Of a stretch of DNA of 64,000 nucleotides, positions 38,905 through 49,037 are shown in pieces. The DNA is from an uncultured candidate division Zixibacteria bacterium (GTDB lineage: Bacteria > Zixibacteria > MSB-5A5 > GN15 > PGXB01). Where the stretch lies: assembly GCA_963702205.1 (NCBI GenBank), contig OY969724.1:2624001-2688000 (forward strand), written 5' to 3'. The notes beneath the pieces were generated by a model that saw only the letters and a program-made list of their open reading frames with translations, was not told the origin of the DNA and did no database searches. The translations under genes were made by a program, and so were the position numbers. Each line of letters opens with the position of its first letter. Position 1 is the first letter of the stretch.

Positions 38905-39822
38905 ATGCTTTCAAAACTGAAAAAATTGAAAGAATCGCTCTCCAAAACGCGCGATAGTCTGTTCGGTAAAATAGCCTCGGTCGTGACCGGCCGACGGCTC
39001 GATGACGATCTCCTCGACGATCTCGAAGAAGTCCTGCTCAAATCGGATATCGGTCTGGCCGCCACGGAGAGCATTATAGATAAGTTGCGTGAGTCGGCCA
39101 ACCGCAAGAAGGTGACCGAGAGCGACGACGTCATAGCGCTGCTTCAAAAAGATATTTCCGAAATCCTGTCCAATAACAAGCGGGAAATCGGCCCCGCTGA
39201 TAACACGCAGCCTATGGTTTGGTTAATTACCGGGGTCAACGGCAGCGGCAAAACGACTACGGTCGGTAAACTGGCCAATTATTTCCGCAAGGACGGCAAG
39301 AAAGTCATGATTGCCGCCTGCGATACATTTCGTGCCGCCGCTGTCGAGCAGCTGGAAATCTGGTCCCAGCGTTCCGGGGTCGATATGATCCGCGCCCACA
39401 CCGGGGCCGACCCGGCGTCGATCGCCTTCGACGCCGCTTCGTCGGCCAAGTCCAAGAATATGGACATTCTTCTTGTTGATACGGCCGGGCGTCTGCACAC
39501 CAAATCCAATCTAATGGAAGAGCTTAAAAAAATCCGACGGGTTACGGAAAAGGTCGTACCATCGGAGCAGATTAAATCCATTCTGGTAATCGACGGAAAC
39601 ACCGGTCAAAATGCCCTGTCACAGGTTAAAGTTTTTCGCGAAGCGGTCGGATGCGACGGACTGATCATTTCCAAACTCGATGGCACCGCCAAAGGCGGCG
39701 TGATGGTCGCTATCGCCAAGGAGTTGGCCGTCCCGGTGGAATTTGTCGGTATCGGCGAGGGAATCGACGATATCCAAAAATTCGATGCACCGGCATACGC
39801 GGAGGCGCTGTTTAATGCTTGA
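38905..39822 (+). CDS. ftsY: Signal recognition particle receptor FtsY
   Basis: GVNGSGKTTT, DTFRAAA, DTAGR, KLDGTAKGG. Confidence 0.98.
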   Translation: MLSKLKKLKESLSKTRDSLFGKIASVVTGRRLDDDLLDDLEEVLLKSDIGLAATESIIDKLRESANRKKVTESDDVIALLQKDISEILSNNKREIGPADNTQPMVWLITGVNGSGKTTTVGKLANYFRKDGKKVMIAACDTFRAAAVEQLEIWSQRSGVDMIRAHTGADPASIAFDAASSAKSKNMDILLVDTAGRLHTKSNLMEELKKIRRVTEKVVPSEQIKSILVIDGNTGQNALSQVKVFREAVGCDGLIISKLDGTAKGGVMVAIAKELAVPVEFVGIGEGIDDIQKFDAPAYAEALFNA

Positions 39823-40213
39823 GACCGTGGGTGTCAGAACGTCGGCGCGCGAGGAATTCGTCGATATTACGTCTGTTGTTCGCAAGTTTATTTCAGACAA
39901 TTCGCTTAAAGAGGGTTTGGTCATAATTTATGTCCCACACACGACGGCCGGTGTGACGATTAACGAAAACGCCGATCCCGATGTAACCCGAGACATACTC
40001 GATAAATTACGCCGCGAAATACCAAAACAGGATGGCTATCATCACGGCGAAGGTAATTCCGATGCCCATATCAAAGCATCATTGATGGGATCGTCGGTGC
40101 AGATAATCGTCGACGGCGGCAACCTTGTACTGGGGACCTGGCAGGGGATCTATTTTTGCGAGTTCGACGGTCCCCGCCAGCGCAAAATCATTCTAAAAGC
40201 TATTTCCGGCTGA
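39815..40213 (+). CDS. yjbQ: YjbQ/UPF0047 family protein
   Basis: PHTTAGVTINENADPDV, HGEGNSDAHIK, LGTWQGIYFCEFDGPR. Confidence 0.95.
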   Translation: MLETVGVRTSAREEFVDITSVVRKFISDNSLKEGLVIIYVPHTTAGVTINENADPDVTRDILDKLRREIPKQDGYHHGEGNSDAHIKASLMGSSVQIIVDGGNLVLGTWQGIYFCEFDGPRQRKIILKAISG

Positions 40214-40680
40214 TGTTTAAAATCCGCATTATAGCCGTGGGAAAAAATAAAGAAGACTGGGTGGAGCGGTCTGTCGATCATTATCTAACTTTTCTAAAGA
40301 AGTATTGTCGTCCGGAAATAGTTTATACATCCGAACGAAAAAAGTCGGCGTCTGTCAGTGAAGCCGAGGTTATGAAAATCGAAGCGGGTTTTATTTCCAA
40401 AAAGCTGGATTCCGGATATACGATTGCTCTGCACGATGGCGGTCGCAAACTCGACTCGAAGGCCTTTGCGGCTTATCTTCAAAAAATAATGCAACGTCAC
40501 GGCCAATGCACTTTTGTTATCGGGGGGGCCTATGGGCTCGACAAGGATTTTATGAGCCGGTGTGACGATCGGCTGTCCCTCTCCCCCATGATCATGTCGC
40601 ATCAGCTTATCCGGCCCGTGCTGCTCGAACAGCTATACCGAGCCCTGTCGATATTATCCGGGGGCAAATATCACAAATAA
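40213..40680 (+). CDS. rlmH: 23S rRNA pseudouridine(1915)-N3-methyltransferase
   Basis: IIAVGK, FVIGGAYGL, LSLS...HQLIR.VLLEQLYRA...YHK. Confidence 0.96.
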   Translation: MFKIRIIAVGKNKEDWVERSVDHYLTFLKKYCRPEIVYTSERKKSASVSEAEVMKIEAGFISKKLDSGYTIALHDGGRKLDSKAFAAYLQKIMQRHGQCTFVIGGAYGLDKDFMSRCDDRLSLSPMIMSHQLIRPVLLEQLYRALSILSGGKYHK

Positions 40681-40709
40681 AAAAACCGGCCGAAGAACGG
40701 TCGGTTTTT
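40681..40709. terminator. Bidirectional intrinsic terminator between convergent genes
   Basis: AAAAACCGGCCG-AAGAA-CGGTCGGTTTTT. Confidence 0.8.
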
Positions 40710-40745
40710 GGAATGATAGTGTAAGTCTGCAGGACTACCACTATT

Positions 40746-43700
40746 TTATTTCAGCATGATCATCTTTTTGGTTTGTTTTTGGTCGGCGAATTCGGCGCGG
40801 TAGAAATATACGCCCGAAGCTACCGGCTGCCCGGCGTCGTTGTTGCCGTTCCACTGCACCGAGACATTTCCTGCCGGAGATTCGCCCTCAAAATTCTTAA
40901 CAACCTGACCGGCGATATTAAATACCGTCAGCTTCCAGGCGCCATAGGACGGCAGATTCATATTTATCTGCGTCATCGGGTTAAACGGATTCGGGTAGTT
41001 CTGGGAAACCTCGAACTCCTGTGGAACCAACGCCTGCCCATAACTGCTGGCGATCGCCTGGCCCTCGTACGTGGCGAATTCGGTTTCTTTGAGTTTCAGC
41101 GATCCGCTGCCCGCGTACGGGACCTTTAGAACGGTGCTGTTTCCGGCACCGATCATTACGCCTCTTTCCATACCATAAACGAGCACCCTTATTTCGGATT
41201 GCTTGATATCGTATTGCAGCTCCATGCCGGCCGGGACGTCAATCAATTCCGGAATATTGGGATTGACGCCGTCGTATTCGAATACGAACAGGCCCGCCCC
41301 GAGATCGTAATCGGTATTGAGATTGACCGACACAGCGCCATCGCCTTCTTCGATTTGCACTACGACACTTTCGCCGCCCGGAACAGGTTTCGGAAACGGC
41401 GTGGCATCACCGACAATCACTCGTATCAAGTACACGAGGTCCGCGACCGAAAGAGCACGCCCGTCGGCGTTGACGTCAGAAGCGGCGATTTGGCCGTCAA
41501 CGTTGACCGTGAAAGCCGCAAAGCCATAGATGAAGTAATTGGTAAACACCACGGCATCGGCGATTTCGTACGCTATTCCGTTAAGATTCAAGTCGCCGCG
41601 GTCGTCAATTTCGTCGGGGCTCTTGACACATATGCCGCCGTCATAAAATTCCACGCATCTTGAAGGAATGACCTTATCGCCCGTTAAACAGCTGTCTGCG
41701 GCTCCTATGCCGAATATGCGGCCAGTTTCCGGGAAGTGTATTTCGTCGTATTCATCCCATTTCAGGTGGCCGGAGCTATTATAAATTCTCAGGTCCGCGT
41801 AAAATTCATTTCCGTCGCGGTCGGAGAATCCATTATCTCCGCAATCGTACCAGAAGTACGATATCGGCAAGTATTGACCACCAATATTTTGATCCGATGT
41901 AACCTGCATGATAACTGAGGCTATTTCACCATCGACGATATATTGATCTTCCGGCGGATGATTGGGGCCGTTGTTGACATCGGCTATTCCGACCAGGCGA
42001 AGTAGTCCGGCGGGGCATCCCGCACAGGGACCGTCGGCGCCCGATGAATATGTGAAGTATTCCCAACCGGAAATATCCGAGCCCTTGTTGGCGCCGGCAA
42101 AGCTCATCACCGAATTATCGTACGTCAACAATATATCGAAGCCGCCTATTTCGCCTCTGGACTGGGCGGTTATGTGCACCGGAACACGTGATCCGACAAT
42201 ATAACAGGAATCAGTTTCAATCGATGTCACGACGCAGACGGAGCACTGGGCCGAAGGATATAAGACGACGTCAAATGCTTTCTCGATCGTGTTGCACCCG
42301 TCATCGGCCGTGAAGCAAAACGAATAAGTTGTGTCAAACGTGGTCGGGTCGAAGCAAAGCTGACCGCTGTCGGGTCTTATGAGGTCCAACATACCAGGGC
42401 CGCAGGTTTGAGTTATCGTTATATCGTCGCTTTCCGGATCACTTGCAAAGATACCATCGACACAGATCGTGCCCTGATCATCCTCGCACCAGGGAATAAG
42501 AACCGCTTCCGGAACGGTAAAATCAGGAGCCTGATTCGCGGTTACGTTAATATTCAGATTGCAGGTATCGGCACCGCAGGTATTGGTCGCAATGATTTTG
42601 AAATCGAAACTTCCGGCCTGGGTAATCGGAACGCAAGCCTGTCCCCCGCTGTACGTTCCCTCGGGAAGAATCTTAAACGTCAAGCCCGCGCCGGTAGCAG
42701 TAACCGGGACGCAGATTTCATCGACGCTCGCGAGACACACCAGCGTATCGATGTCACCCGGACAGGTTAGCTCGGGGATGCTGTTGATCTGGACGTCGAC
42801 CTGGATATTACAGGTATCGGCGCTGCACGGAGCCGTTGCAATAACTTTGAAATTATATGTATCGCTTACGTTGGCTTTGAAAGCGAGCGTATGATTGGCT
42901 GCATTGTAGACCGCGTCAGGCGTAATATCCACCTGCACTCCCGGCGGGTTAATAAACAGCGGGACATAGACCGAATCCGGCCCGCATAAGGTTGCTGATA
43001 TCGGCAGGGTCGGGCAGGTAATCTCTGCGAAGTCGTCGAACACGACGTTGACCGTTATATTGCAGGTATCCGACGCGCAGGTGCCGGCGGCGATGGCCCG
43101 GATATTGTAATCACCCTCGGCTTGTGCCGTAAAGCAAATCTGACCGTTGGAATAAGTGCCCATCGAAACCGAAATCACGGCTGTCTCGGGGCTGAACGAA
43201 AGCGGTATGCAAATGTCACCCGCTTCGCACAGATGAACTTCATAAGGCTGCGCCGGACAATCTATACGAGCAGTATCGCCGGTGGTAACTTCAATACATA
43301 CCGTATCGGTCGCACTGAGTCCGCACTCATCGATAGCTTTAACTTCAAGGCAATATTCACCGGCGGCCTCAGGCGTAAAGCAGACATTACCAGTTTCCGT
43401 ATTGTAATAGCCCATTGGAGAAACCAGCACCTGATCAATATTGTCGTCTATATCCGCAACCGTAACCGGCTGGCAAATTTCTTCAAACGTGCATTGAAAA
43501 ACAGAAGCATCCTGTCCGGCATCGACCGTCGGAGCCAAGTTGAACGCCACGTCGACCGCAAAAGTGCATTCATCCGAACCGCACTCCATATCGGCGGATA
43601 CGGTAATTTCATAATAACCGGCCGTATCGGCATTGAAGCACACCGTTCCGTTTTCGTAAGAGCCTGTCGGTGAAACCGTGACAGTCGCCCCGGGCGGCAT

Positions 43701-46700
43701 GACGCCGACCGTGCGGCAGATCTGCGACGGTTCGCAAAGGAAGACCGAAGTATCGGCCGGACAGGTCAGCTGGGCCGGAGCACCGACGGTGACATTCACA
43801 TCGACGAAGCAAGTATCGCTGCCACAAACGGCGTCGGCAATAATCCGTACGGTGTAAACCTTTTGTTCGGATACTGTCAAACATAGCTGTCCATTGGCGT
43901 ACGTCCCCTGCGATACGGTTACTTCGGCATTGGCCGGAGTGATTTCGATCGGGACGCAAACTTCCTGTTCCTGACAAATAAAGAAATCGATTGGCTCTTC
44001 GGGGCAAGCAATGGAAGCGCTCGGTCCGATCGTCACCGTGACGGTGGTCGTCGACGTGGCCGTCAGGCCACACTCGTCGGTCGCGGTAGCAGTGATGACA
44101 TACACGCCCGCACTGTCGGGAGTGAAACAAATGAGTCCCGATTGCGAGTCATAAGTGCCGAAGTCGGTCGCGACCGAGGCCAGATTGCCGTCAACGTCGG
44201 AGGCCGACACGGCAAAACAAATCTGATCGAAAACGCACTGGAATTCTTCAAAGTCCGCCGCTGTTTGAATCTGAGGAGCGGAATTCTGTTTGACCACGAT
44301 TTTCGTGGTATCTTTATCAATGGCGCCACATTCATCGGTGGCGGTAGTAATCATAAAATAGGTTCCGGCGGTGGCTGGTGTGAAGCACACGAACCCATCG
44401 GCATAGACTCCGCCGTTATTGACGGTAACCGTGTCGATATTGCCGTTGTCGTCGGCAACGTCCACGGCAAAACAAATTTTCTGAAGATCGCAAACGAGGA
44501 TGCTGCTGTCCGGAGCCGAAACCACGACCGGCGGCGTGTTCTTCGTGACCGCCACGGTGACCGCGTCGCTGGCGACCTCGCCACAGGCGTCATAAGCGGT
44601 AATCGTTATATTATAAACCCCTTCGTGATCGGGAGTAAAACAGACTTCTCCCGTCTGCGGGTTGTAGTTCCCACCGGATGATACCGTAACGCTGGTGATG
44701 GCGTTATTATCATCGGTGATATCAACCGGGAAACATACCTGCTCAAAATCGCACTGAAATACGCTGAAATCTTCACCGGCATTGACCGCCGGAGGCGCGT
44801 TCAAAATTACCGTTACGATCGTAGTATCGTCATCATACAAACCACATTGGTCAATCGCACGGGTAATAATCGGAAATGCGCCCGACTCGGTCGGAGTGAA
44901 GCAAACGCGACCGGTAATCGGATTATAGGCGGCCCCATCCGAAACTACGACCGTATCGCCGTTGCCATCGAAATCCAACACACCGACGGGAGTGCAAATT
45001 TCCTGAGGCAGGCACAGCCGCACGGTCGTGTCGGGAGCGCTGATAACCAGCGGCGCACGGTTCATACCAATCAGCGCGGTAAACTTGCAACTGTCGGTGC
45101 TGCATTCTCCCTGAATGACGACTTTCAGATCTTTCTTGACGGTGCAGTTGGTATAGAAACAGACTGAACTGGTCTCATAATCGAACCAGGCCGATGACGG
45201 CGAAACCGTCACCGTGGCACCGGTCGGGATACCACCAATCGGGTAGCAGAAGGTGTCCGGCTCGCACGCAAACTCCGAGACATTGCCCGGACATTCCAGA
45301 TTCATCACTTCGCTGACGTCGACCGTCACGGCCGTCGTGGCCGTCGCCTGTTCACCGCAATCATCGGTTACCGTGATCGTGATATTATAATTGCCCGATC
45401 CCGGCGGCGAGAAGCAGATTTCACCATTGCTGTAAATACCGGCCGAAACGTCGATCGACGCAATATTGTCGTCGACGTCGGCAATTTCCACCGGAATGCA
45501 GATATCACTCACGGAACACGCGATAATCGATGTATCGGTCGGCGCGGAGACCGTGGGAGGTGAATTCAAACCGACGGTATAACAAACTTCCGCCGTATCG
45601 GCGGCGCACTGATCGGCGGCTTCTATCGTGAAACAATAATCACCCGCCGTCTGAGGCGTGAAGGTCAACTGCCCCGTGGCAGGGTCAAGCGTGCCATCGC
45701 CGGAAAGCAGGTTAAAGGTAATGCCGTCATAATCCATATCCGAGGCCGCTATCGTGACAACGTGTTCCTGACCCGGATTGCAATCGAAAAACTCTCCACC
45801 CGTAGTCGTTATCTCGGGGGCGGAATTTATATTAACCGTCGCGGTAAACGAGCATGAAGTCTCGCCGCAATCGGTCGAAACGGCAACGTTAAACTGATAA
45901 TCACCGGAATGATCGGCTGTAAAACAAACCTGGCCGTTTTCATAAGACCCCGACGGTGTGACCGTTACTTCAGCACCGGCCGGTTCAACCGTCAACGGAA
46001 GACAAACCAGTCCCGGTTCACAAATCGAAACGGTCTGGTCATCGGGACAAACGACGTTGGGAGGCGTCCCGACGTCGACCACAAAGTTCAATTGGCATTG
46101 CGCCGTGCCGCAATCGGATGCGGCGTTAACATCAACCGTATACGTCCCCGATTCAGTGACATCGAAACAGATTTGACCGTCGACATATTCCGCACCGCTG
46201 CCGTCGACGGTGACGGTTGCATTGGAAGGCAGTATCGGCAGATCGTAACAGATCGTTCCGGCTCCGCACAAATTTTTATATATATCTCCGTCCGGACAAT
46301 CTATCGAGGCCGTCTCGCCCGATTGTACCGTCACGATGACCGTCTTCGAAGCCGTCTCGTAGCAAGAATCGGTAACGACCAGATCGAAGGCGTAATCACC
46401 GTCGTGCGTCGGCGTGAAACAGACCGTCCCGGCGTTCGCATCATATGTTCCGGCACTGACCGACGCCGTTTTTATATTGTTATCCGGATCGTTAAATCCG
46501 ACATCAAAACAAATTTCTTCGTACTGGCACTGGAATACGGTGTAATCATCGGGAGCCGTAATGGAAGGCGGCCCGTTAAGAGTGACCGTTATGGTGGTCG
46601 AATCTTCGTCGGTGGCACCGCATTCATCGGTTGCCCTAATCAAAAATTGATATATACCCGGCAAATCCGCCGCAAAGCAAACGTACCCATTGCTATATGT

Positions 46701-48296
46701 GCCGGCCCCGATTACATCGATTTTGGCAATGTCATTATCGAGATCGGTTACCGACACCGGGAAACAAACCTGAGCCGGATCACAAAGGAAGACCGAACTG
46801 TCGGGTGACGAAATCACGACCGGCGCGTGTCCGAGATCAACCGAAACCACGATATCATCCGACGCGGAAATCTGGCAATCATCGGTTACAATCATAGAGA
46901 CAGTGTAATCACCGGATTCGGTGGGCGTGAAGCAAACCGTCTTATCCTGTTCGTTATAATACGCCCCATCCGGGAGGATTTGGGTTATGGTGGCGTTGCC
47001 ATCGGCGTCACCAAAATCCACCGGGATACAAATTTCTTCCGGAGTACACTGAGTAACCTGGAAATCATCACCGAACGATACATACGGCGCCGAGTTCATG
47101 TTGACATCGACGTTAAACTCGCAACTGTCTTTTCCGCAGCTGTTTTCCGCAACAAATTTTATTGATATGGATTCTGTCGTCGTGGCAACAAAGCAGACGG
47201 CGTCGTTGACGTCGTCGAAAGTGACATTTTCGGGGGTCAGTGTAATCGTGGCATTGGACGGCACGTCACCAAGAGGAATACAGACCGTCTGCGGTTCGCA
47301 GAGATTAATGGTCGTATCATTGGGGCAGGCCAGCGTCAAACCCTGAGTTTGAATGACCGTAATAATCACAGTATCTTTTGGTCCGGGAGGCCAGGCAGCC
47401 TTATCGTCATCGAAAGCTCCGCGGCAGGAATCTGAGGTTTGATACACAAAGACGTAATCGGCTGAATCGGTCGCCGCCGGATAAAAGCAAGTCTGCCCAT
47501 TATTATTATCCACTTGAGTGAATACACCGGTACCTTCTATTTGCGCAATCACTAGGCTGTCGTTTTCAAGGTCGATCGCATTTATGTCAAAGCAGACCTG
47601 TTCACCTGAGCAGACATAATATTTTTGTGTAAATCCGTTGATATACGGAGGATCGTTGTCTTCGAGCGTCAGGCATATATCGGCCGTATCGGCGCTGCAT
47701 TCATCGGCGACTTCAATTTTGAAACAATAAACGCCCGCATTTTGGACGTAGAAAGCCAGTCCGCGACGTTGATAGTCATACCACGCCCCGCCTTCCAGCA
47801 CGTTAACCGTAAGGCTGTCGCTGTCCGGATCGTACATCTCCAGAGGGAACAAAACGATGGTTCCGTTCCAGCACTTATAAAACGTCGCATCACCCGATAA
47901 AATCTGAGGCGGTGTGTTTTCCATTACGACAAAGGTCTTGGTTACTTCGACGAAACTACCGTCGGTCGTGACGGCTTTAAAGACGACATCAAAGCTGCCG
48001 GTGGTCTCCGGAGTATACTCGAAATATCCTTCGGCTACAGACACCGATGGCGTGGAATTGAAAGTTCCCGGCCCGGATTCTTTGGTGATCGTGATAGTTT
48101 GTGCCGGGTCGGCATCGGTGACACGCACCGTGTCGAATATAGTCCCGCCGCTGCAAAGCAATATCGTATCCGGCGAAACGATCGGTTCAAAAATGGGCCC
48201 AACGGGAGGCGTTTCCGCTAAGGTTAGTGAGGGTAAAGCGAATAAGGATATGGCGAATATGAGTGCTATAGAATGCAAATGCCTATTCAAACGCAT
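40746..48296 (-). CDS. Very large secreted/surface protein: 23 Cys-patterned Ig-like repeats, cohesin-like domain, dockerin-like domain, FlgD-Ig/T9SS-type-A-like C-terminal domain
   Basis: RBS GGAGG before ATG 48296; signal peptide; repeats NxxP...C...IC...VCFTP...G.Y...D.CG; GDLNLNG...DVNADG; SQNYPNPFNP...ASGVYFYR...KKMIMLK. Confidence 0.9.
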   Translation of the reverse strand: MRLNRHLHSIALIFAISLFALPSLTLAETPPVGPIFEPIVSPDTILLCSGGTIFDTVRVTDADPAQTITITKESGPGTFNSTPSVSVAEGYFEYTPETTGSFDVVFKAVTTDGSFVEVTKTFVVMENTPPQILSGDATFYKCWNGTIVLFPLEMYDPDSDSLTVNVLEGGAWYDYQRRGLAFYVQNAGVYCFKIEVADECSADTADICLTLEDNDPPYINGFTQKYYVCSGEQVCFDINAIDLENDSLVIAQIEGTGVFTQVDNNNGQTCFYPAATDSADYVFVYQTSDSCRGAFDDDKAAWPPGPKDTVIITVIQTQGLTLACPNDTTINLCEPQTVCIPLGDVPSNATITLTPENVTFDDVNDAVCFVATTTESISIKFVAENSCGKDSCEFNVDVNMNSAPYVSFGDDFQVTQCTPEEICIPVDFGDADGNATITQILPDGAYYNEQDKTVCFTPTESGDYTVSMIVTDDCQISASDDIVVSVDLGHAPVVISSPDSSVFLCDPAQVCFPVSVTDLDNDIAKIDVIGAGTYSNGYVCFAADLPGIYQFLIRATDECGATDEDSTTITVTLNGPPSITAPDDYTVFQCQYEEICFDVGFNDPDNNIKTASVSAGTYDANAGTVCFTPTHDGDYAFDLVVTDSCYETASKTVIVTVQSGETASIDCPDGDIYKNLCGAGTICYDLPILPSNATVTVDGSGAEYVDGQICFDVTESGTYTVDVNAASDCGTAQCQLNFVVDVGTPPNVVCPDDQTVSICEPGLVCLPLTVEPAGAEVTVTPSGSYENGQVCFTADHSGDYQFNVAVSTDCGETSCSFTATVNINSAPEITTTGGEFFDCNPGQEHVVTIAASDMDYDGITFNLLSGDGTLDPATGQLTFTPQTAGDYCFTIEAADQCAADTAEVCYTVGLNSPPTVSAPTDTSIIACSVSDICIPVEIADVDDNIASIDVSAGIYSNGEICFSPPGSGNYNITITVTDDCGEQATATTAVTVDVSEVMNLECPGNVSEFACEPDTFCYPIGGIPTGATVTVSPSSAWFDYETSSVCFYTNCTVKKDLKVVIQGECSTDSCKFTALIGMNRAPLVISAPDTTVRLCLPQEICTPVGVLDFDGNGDTVVVSDGAAYNPITGRVCFTPTESGAFPIITRAIDQCGLYDDDTTIVTVILNAPPAVNAGEDFSVFQCDFEQVCFPVDITDDNNAITSVTVSSGGNYNPQTGEVCFTPDHEGVYNITITAYDACGEVASDAVTVAVTKNTPPVVVSAPDSSILVCDLQKICFAVDVADDNGNIDTVTVNNGGVYADGFVCFTPATAGTYFMITTATDECGAIDKDTTKIVVKQNSAPQIQTAADFEEFQCVFDQICFAVSASDVDGNLASVATDFGTYDSQSGLICFTPDSAGVYVITATATDECGLTATSTTTVTVTIGPSASIACPEEPIDFFICQEQEVCVPIEITPANAEVTVSQGTYANGQLCLTVSEQKVYTVRIIADAVCGSDTCFVDVNVTVGAPAQLTCPADTSVFLCEPSQICRTVGVMPPGATVTVSPTGSYENGTVCFNADTAGYYEITVSADMECGSDECTFAVDVAFNLAPTVDAGQDASVFQCTFEEICQPVTVADIDDNIDQVLVSPMGYYNTETGNVCFTPEAAGEYCLEVKAIDECGLSATDTVCIEVTTGDTARIDCPAQPYEVHLCEAGDICIPLSFSPETAVISVSMGTYSNGQICFTAQAEGDYNIRAIAAGTCASDTCNITVNVVFDDFAEITCPTLPISATLCGPDSVYVPLFINPPGVQVDITPDAVYNAANHTLAFKANVSDTYNFKVIATAPCSADTCNIQVDVQINSIPELTCPGDIDTLVCLASVDEICVPVTATGAGLTFKILPEGTYSGGQACVPITQAGSFDFKIIATNTCGADTCNLNINVTANQAPDFTVPEAVLIPWCEDDQGTICVDGIFASDPESDDITITQTCGPGMLDLIRPDSGQLCFDPTTFDTTYSFCFTADDGCNTIEKAFDVVLYPSAQCSVCVVTSIETDSCYIVGSRVPVHITAQSRGEIGGFDILLTYDNSVMSFAGANKGSDISGWEYFTYSSGADGPCAGCPAGLLRLVGIADVNNGPNHPPEDQYIVDGEIASVIMQVTSDQNIGGQYLPISYFWYDCGDNGFSDRDGNEFYADLRIYNSSGHLKWDEYDEIHFPETGRIFGIGAADSCLTGDKVIPSRCVEFYDGGICVKSPDEIDDRGDLNLNGIAYEIADAVVFTNYFIYGFAAFTVNVDGQIAASDVNADGRALSVADLVYLIRVIVGDATPFPKPVPGGESVVVQIEEGDGAVSVNLNTDYDLGAGLFVFEYDGVNPNIPELIDVPAGMELQYDIKQSEIRVLVYGMERGVMIGAGNSTVLKVPYAGSGSLKLKETEFATYEGQAIASSYGQALVPQEFEVSQNYPNPFNPMTQINMNLPSYGAWKLTVFNIAGQVVKNFEGESPAGNVSVQWNGNNDAGQPVASGVYFYRAEFADQKQTKKMIMLK
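42256..48212 (-). repeat. Tandem array of 23 degenerate ~80-100 aa protein repeats (boundaries approximate)
   Basis: Manual parsing of the translation; repeats diverge at DNA level. Confidence 0.85.
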
Positions 48297-48489
48297 TTTT
48301 CCTCCAGAAACATATTTGTGGAAATGTGCCGGTACGGAGTTTCGCGCCATTATACAGCGACCTTGACGTTCCTCTTTCGGGTACAAACTTATGTCTTTGC
48401 AAATGTTTCCTCACTTGCCCGATTCGTAATCTTGATGAGGCATTTAACTCACAAGTACCAGTACGTAGTAAACTAAAGAAAGCCACTTT

Positions 48490-48517
48490 AATATATCCTC
48501 AAAACAGTTATTGTCAA
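48490..48517 (-). promoter_or_regulatory. Candidate sigma70 promoter for the giant surface-protein gene
   Basis: TTGACA (48517-48512), 16 nt, TATATT (48495-48490). Confidence 0.5.
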
Positions 48518-49037
48518 GCCATAATTGCCCATATAATCGTTAGCAATACGTTAGCACTCAACCAATTAGGCAGCCGGAAGCCCATCCCGAATTTATTGCT
48601 GAAGCTGTTGATCAAATGCCCTACTCGCTTTCAAAAATTGCTCGCTTTGCTATGCTGCAATTTCCTTGCCCTCCGCAAGAATTGGAAATGGTGTATAGAT
48701 AACGGCATAGACAATAACCCATATGGCCGACATTATATCATCCAACACTTCAATATGACGCCGTATATGGCCATACAGCAACAATATAACTATTACAAAC
48801 ATAAAATATTGGTGTACCAGCTTCTATAATATAAATAATAATTTATTTTTTTATATGAGATTTTTGCAAAGCGCCAATTCTGCTTTTATGCAAAACTTTT
48901 CAGCGAGGTGCAAAGTAAACGATTTTTATGGCTAAATCGTCATACAAAAAGACCCTTTGATAAAAAACCAGGCGCATTTATCTTACAATTACACGGATAA
49001 ATGCCGTCAGCCCAAACCACGAGTAGGAGGGCCGCCG

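Noticed and set aside
48340..48400. Possible c-di-GMP-I riboswitch (CCCGAAAGAGG on the minus strand)
   Set aside because: Has a GAAA loop but lacks the GGCAAA and GCAAAG elements and a second stem
48326..48829. 167-aa ORF in the large intergenic region
   Set aside because: No RBS or family signature, AT-rich, overlaps the promoter/leader of the opposite-strand gene
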